Assembly: GCA_002633005.1 (NCBI GenBank)
Contig: NMRA01000144.1
Span: 442,924-506,923, forward strand
Source of the DNA: Phoronis australis
Lineage: Eukaryota > Animalia > Phoronida
DNA length: 64,000 bases
Direction of reading: 5' to 3'
The translations under genes were made by a program, and so were the position numbers. The notes under the pieces were generated by a model. That model saw nothing but the letters and a program-made list of their open reading frames with translations. It was not told the DNA's origin and searched no databases. Shown in pieces: positions 44,530 through 56,500 of this stretch. The number at the start of each line of letters is the position of its first letter. The stretch's first letter is position 1.

Positions 44530-47500
44530 ATGTCCAGAAGAAAACAGTCGAATCCTCGGCCTGTTAAAGGTAGGTTTGGCAATTGTTGGTAAATGTTTAC
44601 CATTGCTTGTTTATCTGCCTCGTATTTTCATATATTAACACAATTTGAGAGTTTATAATTTGGAAACTATGCCGTACAGTTGTAAGTTATTCACACCAAG
44701 AACGAAACCGGATTACCGACTCCGCGGATCTGACGATGTCATAGTTCCTTTAAAATTTGGGCGTTTTCGATTGCTTTTGCTCAATTTTGACATGTTCAAC
44801 TTTTAGGTATTTTCTTTAACGAACCTTTGATTTGTTTAGTTTAGATTTTTGCTCAGTTTCATGTGCTCGACATCATCATTTAGGATGAGGATACCTAAAG
44901 TAATTTGCATACAAGAGCGTGCAATGGGTCACGTGCATTTCATCTTTCATTTTTGAAGTTTATGAGTGCACTTTTAACTGAACTTTAGTGATTGATTAAT
45001 GTTATTCTGTTGTAATAAAATGATATTATAATGTATTAAAAATGGTTTTCAGACAATTATGGACTTGGTGGAAGAATCACATGTTAATAGTTTTGTTGTT
45101 CAAAAGCCGTGGGCTAAGTTTATAATTTGTTGAAGGCTGCACTTAAATGAACAAATTCACTAATCGGATGTTTAGGTTTGATTTGTTAGGAATTTAATTG
45201 GTTATCTGAATATGAACAATTAATGTTCTGTTATTATAATGGGCCATTAAAACCTTAATTGTTATTTTAATTGAAGTAAAGTAAAAACCATTCTTTTACT
45301 AGCATTCATTTTAATCATTGAACTTCTGTAGGAAGGCAGACGTGTGACATTTTTCATAAAATTTCATATGTGTGGCCATTATCTGGCATACATTTTGGTA
45401 AGAGATAGTTGTACGTGTTTAAGTCATTTTTATTTCATGTATCGCAGTAATTGAAGATGAAGATGAGGATTCTGACATGGAAATTTACTCCAACTTACCA
45501 ACCAGTTCAGTTGAGGTACGTAATTAAGAGCTGTACATTTAGTTTTCGAACATGGAATATGTTACAATTGATCCTTTGAGCCATACAAAACTGTCAAATT
45601 TACTTAAAATTCTGACATTAGCACACAACCCATGGCTGTTATGTACTTGCCTACAGTGGATGTAATTTTCTTCTATTTGTAATTGGTGGAGGTTTCAATG
45701 CTGTTGCACATTCAAAATTAATTAGCCCAATGCAGTACCTGGACAACTTCGGATTTCCTTTGCAATTTCGAACATTAGTTATTGTAAAACTCCACATTTT
45801 TGTGAAATTCTAAAACCACTTTATGCCTTATGTAGGTGCAAATTATGTCATTTCTGTCTGTGCGTCCGGCATTCACTTCTGTATAGATCCTAAACTCCTT
45901 GCATGATAATTGGCAGATGTGTGCTTATGAAGCTGACAATAGATGACAACAAGTTTCTGTTGTGCCCACTAGTTATTTTGTTACGTTTGCTTCTATATTC
46001 AGTTTTTTGATGGTTTTTCATGAAATATGGCACATAGATTTCTGTTAAGGTGACAATGATGCTTTTTCATTTTCAAATGGGGATTTGTTATATTCTTTAT
46101 ATTCTGTGCTACCTGGTGGCCACTTTGTATTGTTTTTGATTTCGGTTGTTGGAGTCCTCTTCTTTATCCTCCAAACTGCTCAGACAGATGTATTCCTGAT
46201 GAAAAAAGACCATGGATGACTTTGATTTTTAGATGGATGCAACTACTGTGGCACCCCCTAGAATACTTTGCTAGATGTTTATAAAATTTGGCATGTATTT
46301 TCCTCTGAATGTGATAACAGTTGACCGTGACTTTTGAATAGACTTGATAACTATGCTATGCCCCATAGTGGCAATTTTACTTTGTGTATTCAGAGTTCCT
46401 TGATGGTTTTTCAAGAACTTTTGCATATTATATAGGTTTCTGTTTAGGAGACTGTGGCACCGTTCCATTTTAAGAAAGATTTGATGTATTTTGCACCACC
46501 TGGTGGCCACTTAAATTGTCTTTAGCTTGTTATTGTTTGTCTCTTTATCCATTAATCTACCTAGAGGGTCATTATGAAAACTGACAGATCATGTGTTCCT
46601 TCTGACATGAGCACCACTGACATTAGTTTTCAGATGGAACTGACTACTATGGCGCCTTCTAGTGGCATTTTTGCATCTGTAGCAGCATCTCCTAAAACCC
46701 TTGTACTGTGGTAGGATCTGTAGGAAATTTGGCAAGTATGTTATATTGACAACAGATGGGAATATCCGACTACCACTGTGCATCCTAGTGGCAATTTCAT
46801 TATTTTATGTTTGTTTCTGTATCTTTGTAGTTCCTTGACGAATTTTCATAAAATTTAGCAATATGTGTATGGATTTCTGTTTGGGAGATGACGTATTCTG
46901 TGCTATTTGTAGCTGTTTTTATGATTCTAATATAAGCTTTCCTACCATGAGCGGTGCAATCATGGGCTCATTTCAATGCTCTGCTTTGCTCAATATTGCC
47001 GGTATCTCTCATTTACTCAACAATATTGATACACAATATTTTCCAGGCATTGGTTGATGAGTCCAGTAACGATACATCAGGCAAGTCACGACTTGCATCA
47101 AAGAGTTTCGGCATGTGCAAGGCATCTGATGTGTCCAACACTGCACAGGTGACATAATTAAAATTTTGAATCTTGAATTCAGTATAATTTTGATATTAAT
47201 TGTGATTTAAATCTAACATTGTGACAAGCCACTTCATGATTGCGTTCTGTTGGGGGACACCTGTAAACAACTTCAATGAGATAAATGTTTGTATAACTTA
47301 AAGCTAGATGTAGTCACGTGTCCAGGATGCAAGTGTCATCTGCTGACCATTCCATCTGAGACGAAACGCTGCACATGTTACTTTGCCCTCGAGGTGCTTG
47401 TACGAGTTCGTTTACCAGTTCAGGTCTACGGTAGGCATCCCTAGAGGGGTTAAACAAACAAGCTAGGTATTGCAGATGATTGAGTTTGTTAATTACTGTA

Positions 47501-50500
47501 CTCGGAGCCAGTGTTGAGTAATGACGAGAGAAAATTAACACTGGTATTGTCCTCAGTTGTGAGAAGGACATTGGCTTTAAATAAAAAGATCACTTGCTTT
47601 CTGAAAGGTAAACAGCTGCTGAGAAAATGGTCATGGTCCTTGCATCCAGGATAGGATATGTTACATGTGTTAGTCAAGGATTAGTTTGCTGTGTGGTTCT
47701 CTCATGTGCACAATCAAATTTACAACACTGCAACACGTAGTGCACTTGCAAAGTGAACTATGGAAGAGCAGCCTATTCTCAAGGGACTAGCAGTGTGGCT
47801 TGGTGGTATTTGAATCCACAATGTTTAGATTGAGAGGCTGAAACTCTGTGACTGGGCCATATTGCCTCCACTCCAATTGTACTTTTCACGCCAAAGTATT
47901 TAGAGAAAATTATTCAGAATTCCTCATCAAAATGGCTGGAAGGAAGCCAAATTTCATCAGAAAAGCCTTACCTCATGACCCAGAATGAAAGGGTACTTGT
48001 ACTGGCAGGTATGTCGGTAATGTGGTTAAGCCATTCTGTCGTTAAAATTTGCTGTTATAGTTGTAGTTTGTCATTTTCGCTGTAAAGAGAATTAGCTGTC
48101 AAGACAGAGGGGGAGGGCTGTATTTTGTCTATCACTTTTGTCATTTACTGTATTACCAAGATTTGGTCTTGCTGCTTGTCAAACTAACTTCACTTTTGCC
48201 TGTCTGTTTTTTACAGAATGATTCATTGAAACGCCCCTTTCCAAACACTGATGATGCTGTAAGTTCTGAACAAGATACCTCCAAAAAAACGCGCAAGGGA
48301 CCTGAACAGGTGTGTTTTTAAACAAATAAATGAATACCTAACCACAACTAAATACTATATTTTACTTGATGCCTTCATTCATTTGTGACTTATAATGTGA
48401 AACCTTCAGAGAAACAGACTTTGAAAATTCATATTATTGAAAACTCAATGTGTTCTGTAGAATCTTGAAGACTTGGGAAACTGGTGATGTCCTGCACTTT
48501 GTTTTAAGAAGCTTAGAGTTTGAGGATTATGTGGAGGATTTTCAATGTAAAATATCAAAATTAGTTGGAGGTTATTTTTCACTTATTTCACCCAAAAACA
48601 ATTTCCAAAATTGTTATTTTCCATGTATCCTAATTTCTTGACAGTTTAAACATTGATGTTTATGTATAGCCTGTATTGACAATGCAGTACGTGCCTTCTT
48701 CATCTCACTGATCATGTGACCATGTGAACAATGGCGGAACACGAATGGATTTGATGTAAACAGTCATGTAAAAAATTACTAATTAAGACTGATATTTTGT
48801 AAATGCTGGATAGACTTATTGAAGACAAGTAATCTTACTCACAAAAGAAACCAAAGGCTTCTTTATGCTTAGAGCCAGTCAAAATAAGATTTGAATTTGA
48901 TCTTTTTTTTTGGAAACTACATCATATTTTACAATTTCAGGGATTTTAAGGGGCTATTATAAATAAAAGTCGTGATCTGATGTTGCCAATTCAGACACTA
49001 ATGTGCTTCTTGAGAGATTACAATACTTCTTCTCATTTCAGGTTATACCAGAGATAAAAAATGGCATTGAGGTGTATACCTGCCCCGTCTGTTCAACCAA
49101 GGTGAAGACTTCTCAGGAGCTGACTAGTCACATTCGCCTGCATAATTCACCTACAGCTAGTGGTTACAAACCTCTTGCTTATGATTTTAAGTGTCAAGTC
49201 TGTGGACGCCTAATGAGTTCTCAAAGTAGCCTTGACCGCCATTCCCTGGTGCATTCTGGTAAATAAGATTTTGAATGTGAAATTGGCTTTTAAAAGTGTC
49301 CGAAACGAGTTGAATTCTTGGAAATAGGCTTCAGAGTGTCATTGTTAAAATTTAGTGTTACTTGAACCTGGACTGATGTGTGTAAAGTGTAACAATTTCT
49401 TAAACTGCAACAACTGTTATATTACAGTTGGTACATTTTACGAAATTGTTACATTTTACAGCATTGTTATATTTTACATAACTAGGCCTCTCCTAAAACA
49501 AGTTGTTGGTGTACTTCATAAGAAACTTGGCCCATACAGCAGTGAGATGGACTTCGTCAATAGCTTTTTGCAATTAAGGTGGTAGACAGAACCTGTCAGT
49601 ATCCAAAACTTTGATCTTTCTCCTTTTGTGTGGAGTAGGGAAATTATGGCATTAGCGATGACTTCAAAGCAATAAAACAATGGCTGAAATAAATCAAACT
49701 ATCATGGACTAAAATGGGTGATTTTTCTATGAAATTGATTTCCGATTTGAATTCCCTGTGAAAAAATTTGTTATGGTTGTATTTTCCCGAAGAGATGCGA
49801 TAAATATTAGCCAAAGTATGATGTCATTGTTTTTGTTGACACTTACCTAGGGAAGTGTGTTTACTGTAATGCCAGATACGCTATTAGTTTAATGACCAGT
49901 GAGCACAAGATTGCGTAACTGTTACGTTTTACCTCATCAGCGCACACGTGTGCTCACGCACTTAAATCGCTGGAGTTGGTCTGCACTTTACATTGGCAAC
50001 AGTATGTGACTGACGACTTATATGTCACGCATGTAGCCCCAGAAACAAGTAAAGTGTTTGAGAATTTCTTGGTCACTCAAAAACGACTTTGCTGAAAGTA
50101 AAGACGTGGCTGTCATTTGGCGATAGATAGGGTTGTCATTTTCACGTTTGCTGTCTTTCGCGATAAAAAATGGAGACACACATTTCCAAGTCACGATCGT
50201 CTTCCGGGGCGGCTTGCGCACTAGCAACGGGACTGACCAGTGCGTTATCAGGAATATTGTCGTGCATATTTGATAATAAGAACATCTTACTTGAAAAAAT
50301 GTGTTTTTCCACCACAAAATTTGGTAGGTTGATCGTTTCATAATTAGTAGAAACACCGCTGTTTTTTGACATTTTATAACATGTCATGCCATGGTCCGGC
50401 AAAAGTAGCCGAAAATGTTAGCCAATGAAATGCATCAAAGATTGATTCTGCATTACCCCATATTCACTTGACATGCTAACTTACAATACATCGGGAGGGT

Positions 50501-53500
50501 TGTTCTCGGTTAGTGTTCTTTTAAACTTGATTTGGCAAATAACAAATAACAGTCGGATTCACACGAGTTGTTTTATATTTGCCAGGTATATGCCGAGAAG
50601 TGTAAAAATCCATCTCGCATACGTTGGAAATTCCAGGTCACATTTTGTGACTTGATACGAGCTGGCAAAAATGTGAGCTTGTATTTCCAAATTTCAGGTC
50701 ACAAACGTGACCTGTAGCTCGTTATGTCGAGCCCTGCTCAGAGACTTCTTGTCTCCTTAGATGGGATGTTGATTACTACAACTAGTGGCGGAAACTCTGG
50801 TCACTTGGGATCTCGTTTGTCTAGCAACTTTGTCATCTCTCTCATCCCTTGTTGATGATAATTTGATAGTAACGACAATATAAACAGAAAAATGAGTTCC
50901 CATGTGATCGGAGTTCCAGTCACTAGTAGTATTCAACATAATCCCATCGAAGACAACCTAGGAATTGGGTTAACAGACCAGATTCAAATAACAATAGTAT
51001 GCATTTATTGGATGGCTCAGTAACTACATTATACTACTGTGGTTCGTAGTTTTATGCGTCCAGATATTCATATGTACATCGGGAGCAAGTTTTCGGATAT
51101 ACAGAATTGATTGAACACACGACACTTTTCATTGTTCACAGTCTTATTCTGTTACGTTCATATCTTCAAAATAAAACTCTACTCTCAACGGAACATAAAG
51201 TAACTGACCCAGCGACATAATTAAAAGGCACACGATATTTCGAAACATACTTGTTTCATTCTCAAGTGAAGATAAAATGACGCAGTAATGCCACCACAAA
51301 GCATAAGCTGGTGACACACACACTGGGACATATGTTCCGTTGAGAGTAGAGTTTTATTCCAAAGATATGAACATAACAGAATAAAGACTGTGAGCAATGA
51401 AAAGTGTCATGTGTTCAATCAATTCTGTATATGCATATTGCCATCATCTCTGTCTGGGTGTTTGGTGTCCACTGCTGTATTATTCTCCTAAATCCCCTGT
51501 AAGATCTTCGTGAAATTTTGGAAAATGTTTTTCTGTGAATGGGTCAACACATGATGACATCTTTCGGACAGATTTAACTACTGTTGTTCCCCCTAGTGAC
51601 GATTTTATTTCTTAAGTTCACCTCTGTGCCTTCTGAATTCCTTCACAGATTTTTATGAAGCTTGAAAATTAGGGTCATGTTACTGGTTTGTTACAGGTGA
51701 GAGACCTTTCTCCTGTGATGTATGCCCTGCTTCATTCACAACCAATGGCAACTTGTCACGACATCTGAGAATGCACTCCTTCAAACAACGGACAGCATCT
51801 CCAAACAAGCTCAAAAAACAGGCCAGTCCACATGTTAAGTCTGCCTCAGTGATCAGCCAGAGCATGGCATCTGTTGCAAAAGTGCAGTCGACAGTATCCA
51901 CTAAAGCCAGCTCAAAACGGTCTCCAGTATCGCTGCTCCCGAAGCAGGTTCCATCATCAGCAGCAGTGCAGCAGAAATCCATTATCCTTACTGCTCAGAG
52001 GCTACCAGTTCCAACATCTGTAACACCTGTGACAATGAGACAAAGACAAGCAACATCTTTGTTAACTGGGATTACCGCTACTCAACGTGTTCAGAGTGGA
52101 CCTGCAAGACCAAGGATGGCGCTAGTGCGGGCGTCAGCACCAGCCAATGCGACACAGGTCAAGGGGTTCATTCGTGTGCCTGGCTCTCTTCCCATCATGA
52201 TTGTCAATCAGGTCACGCCTCAGAAGTCAAGTCCAGCAAAGGAAGAAGCCACATCAGGTTGGGTGGCACACTTGTTTACGTACTACAGTTTATAAAAAAC
52301 TGCATTTTGCTTTAAGGCAAAATTTTGCATTCTTTTTGTTTGATTATCAACTTTTTAAGAGACCATAATAAGGCAGAAGTCAAAACTTTCCAACCCTGTA
52401 AAATAGTCTCCGTACAATCCATATAGTTGCTAATGTCAACTCTAGGGGTAATTGTATACAACTTTTTTCTTCTTTTGTTGAGCAGCTAAGGCGAGTACGA
52501 AAAACAGACGAGCCAGTGGTGACAATGATGATGACTGGGATCCAAGTATGTCTGAGGAAAGTCTTAGTCGCAGGCAGCGACTACGGCGCTACTGGCGTGT
52601 AAAACAACGAGAGAACAAGAAAGCTGGTGATGTCCCACTTAAATCATGCGATGTGAAGAAACCTACCTCCAGTGGCCACTCTGCAGTTACTCCACTCGGA
52701 AGAACTCGATCAAGCCCCAGGCCAAAGTCCCGAGAGTTTGTCAACAGGGAAACTGTGTCTGCCAAAGAACGACGTCTTCGAAAGCGCCACACATCCAGCA
52801 GCAGTGTGCGAGGGATCAAGCGAGAACTCGGCGCCGACTCAGACAGTAGAGATTCGGCGTCACCAATCATTAACAAGCAGTTGGCGACGGTCAATGAGTA
52901 TCACCTGGGCAAGGTGTCACCATCCAAGAGACAGCTGCAGAGACAGGCTGCGGCCAAGTTAGACTTCATTAAGAAGGCTGAGTTGCAGGTAGCGATAGCC
53001 ACCTTTGTTGCATGATGACTCTGGGATTTTTCGCGTGATGAGAATGTCTTTGAATTGTCCACAGACCAAGACTGAATAATTTTTTGAGTTTCTAGTTGCA
53101 AAAATTGTTTTGTGTGCTGTCAGTAGGTGATGTTGCGTGAGAAGGTTAGTGCTCTTATATGTGTTTATCCCATGACAAGTTTTTGTTGACTACACAAACT
53201 GAAGAGCTATAATTCAAACTGTTCATAAAGACAGCAATCAATACCTATAACCTCAAAATTGGATTAAACTTGTTTTTGTCAATAAGGTCTTCAGTATTGG
53301 TCATTCTAGAAAGCTTGTTCAAATTTCAGTACCATGCTGGAGAAAATAGAATCTCAATCCCTTAGTAATGAAATATTGGTCCAAAGGGCTCTATGCAGGC
53401 ATGGCAAAGACATTGACTGTTGTGCCGTGATCAGAGTATAGTATTATACCGTGTCTAAGGTAACTCATTAGTTATAATACCCCGAGGCAGTTCAATTTAT

Positions 53501-56500
53501 ATTTGTCAAGGAATTAAAAAAGATCTATTTGAATGTGATGCATGTCTAATTAAAACATAGTTTTGACATTTTGTGGGAAAGCAATAGAATGCTTGCTATG
53601 ACTTCATTGCAGATGGAGGAGACACCACTGCCTTACCATGACCCCCTGCTGCCATTCCAGTGCCCCGTGTGTAACAAGACATTCCTGAGTCAATTCGGTC
53701 TCGACTCGCACCTGGTGTCGCACCCTAACACAGCCATCCGGTGTCTTGAGTGTCGTCTGACCTTCCGTACACCACGTGGACTCAACATGCACAAATACAT
53801 GGTGCACAACACTCAGAAGCCAGACACACCGACAACAGAGGGCGCCGATCAGGCAAACGGACTGCTCTCACCTCAGGGCTTCAGCGATTTGAACTTCATG
53901 GACTTCTCATCCCGCAAGTTCCCTTTTGTGGCCAAGACATGGTGTGAGAAGAACTCACGCAAGTCCAGCAGTGTCTACCACCAGTTCCACTGTGTCAGGT
54001 GTCAGAAGTCCTTCCCTTGTGTCAGTGCTTATGAGCTGCACAGTCACAAGACAAAGACCAGCTGTAGTGTGTGTGGACTTGATTTCATGACTAATGCTGC
54101 CATGAAATGTCACCAGTTGAGTCATCCGCCTTCAAGCGTGGTAAACACAGCTGGAGATAATATTGAGAAAGACCAGTTTTTGAGTGTACTCAGTCTTCAG
54201 TCTTCTGAGCTCAAGTTGGACAAGGAGAATGCCGAAGAACATTCACGTAAACGTATGAAGCAAGACAATAACTATTTCACAAAGCTTGATGAGAACAATC
54301 CAGAAAGAAATAACGTAACTGTAAACCTGTTTCAAGGCCAGAACACTGTTGCTCTCATTCCAGTGTCTGTGAATTCGGGAGGTGTACTCGGTCCCAGGGT
54401 GGAGAAGAGTGTCTTATTACTAGCGACCCCTGTCCCTGGATACAAAAATCCATGTTTGGTCTACACTAAGCCATCTGCTGTGGCTACTGCTGTCCCTGCA
54501 CATGGAGACACTCTGCCTAAGCCAGTTGCACCTGCTGAGAAGGCAAACATTCCAACAATAAGAGAGACATGTACTCCGCTGAAAACTGCTGTGAAGCCCA
54601 GTGACTTCCAATATACCACTGACTTATCCGACATCAACACAATCTTGCAGGTGGCCAGCACTAGTGGTGGTATCCCTCCATTTTCTACCGATGGGCCAGT
54701 GTCGAGGGGTCCTGCAACAAGCCTCACTGCGTCCCATGCCACTTGTCCCCCTGAGACATGGAAGCCTGGCATGGTTCTTCAGAAAAGCAGTGCTATGAAC
54801 AAGTGTCCCATTTGTCATCAGATGTTTGAGAAAATAAAAGGTAAACAACATTCATTATTTGTTTTGAACATTTATTGAAGCTATAACCAGTGGTTTTGAA
54901 ACGAAAATTGATGAGTATATTCTCGTTGAAAAATCAACAAAATCTCATTGTTAACATTTTTAGCCAATTCTCTTATCACTTTCTTTTTTGTGGATTTCCT
55001 TCACAATTTGCTCCACATATCCTCAACAAAGTATTTTCCTATATATTCAAAACAGGTGCACTTGAAAGTTTACTGAAACGATTGACGCATTTTAGAAAAA
55101 CCAAGGGACATGGCTATACCCTGGTTATAAAAATATTCTCCCTGTTGCATAATATTGTTTTACTAGTAATGTCGAATTTGTGCTCAAAAGTGGTACTGCT
55201 TAGTACTAGTATTTAAATGCAGTGAAACAATATGTACATATTACTTTGTTTTCCAGAGCACATGGAATCGCATGTAGTGTCCTACCAGTGTTGCTACTGT
55301 GATTTCACCACACAGAAAAGCATTATGATGACTAATCATCTCAAAATGAGGCATGCTTACAAGCCATACGAGTGCACGAAGTGTGGAGAGGCCTTTCACA
55401 CCAGGCAGAAGTGCGACCGCCACTTTAGGTAACTGAAAATGATTGTTTAATTTCGATCAAGAAATAATTCTTCAGTTCATGGGGTGCTTGGTCTGTGGCT
55501 GTCATGTAGTGCAACATGATAATGGACAGGTCCCTCAGTGCCTTGATTTTTAACTAATGATGGCCTCATTCCCCTCTGAAAAACATTTGCATTCAAAAGT
55601 GATACAAAATTCCTTTTTATGCCCAAAAATTTGCCTCAAATAGTAGAAACCCCGTTAATGTTAGAATCACTTTCGACTCGCGTAGAGTGATTGGCATCAG
55701 AAGACATCATTAATGGAAAAGTCCCCACTTCACTTCATGGTGATGCTTTACTGTGCAAAACAGGATCTGGACTGGTTTATTGCAACTACTTAACACCCCT
55801 ACTTTTTGGGCTTGTCCAATTACTGGAAAAAATACGAGGCCTGATGGGTGATCTACTCTAAGGAGTGTATATTAGGAAACACTTTGAAACCAGTGAAGGG
55901 TATTAGTTCTGGTTTCTTTAGGCATTGACCGACTCAGGGCAGTCAGGGGGATGACCTGAAGCGGCAGAATTGGTGATGATGGGTGGAGTTGGTGGTGACG
56001 GGTGAAGTTGGCGGTGGGCGTATTTTCTTCATTAATAAATAGTCTCCCCATATCAGAATGACCATTCTTACTCAAGACCAAACCAAATTTTCGAACAGTT
56101 ATCATTTTCATTTGAGCAAGCTTTCTTTTCTTAAATGATAATATTATTTGTTAGTATTGAGTGAATGCTTTTGAGAGTATAGACTTTTGAATGTGATTGC
56201 TTGTAAAGTAATTGGATTCATTTGTACACATGCACCTTTTGTTGTGACACTTCAAATTTCACCTCAGGTTCCATCATGCCGACCACTTCAAGAACACTTT
56301 AATTACATTCACGTTCAGACCCAAGATGCATTCACCTGGTGGTGATGCGACTCCCACCGTCTGCCGTACATGTGGCCTTGCATCCAAGACTGTGCTCTCG
56401 CACAAACAGCATCTCAGCGAGTGCGGCAGGCTTTACTTTGCTTGTTCCTCATGCGATGCAATATTTCGCATGGCGGAGATCTGCCGAAAGCACTACATGA

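Noticed and set aside
47918-48008. Extra RREB1 exon (CAG|AATTCC..GGCAG|GTATGT)
   Set aside because: 91 nt between two phase-0 junctions would frameshift, and the pyrimidine tract is poor. Left out of the model, though a poison or alternative first exon is not excluded.
53012-53075. Box C/D snoRNA candidate (ATGATGA..TGATGA..CTGA)
   Set aside because: No terminal stem, no D' box, no rRNA-complementary guide that I recognise, and only about 24 nt from the donor.
54613-54630. CtBP-binding PxDLS motif in RREB1
   Set aside because: The sequence is TTDLS, lacking the proline; it belongs to the DLxDIxxIL block seen in RREB1 proteins.
51680-54851. Several 60-103-aa antisense and off-frame ORFs
   Set aside because: Shadows of the large RREB1 coding exons.
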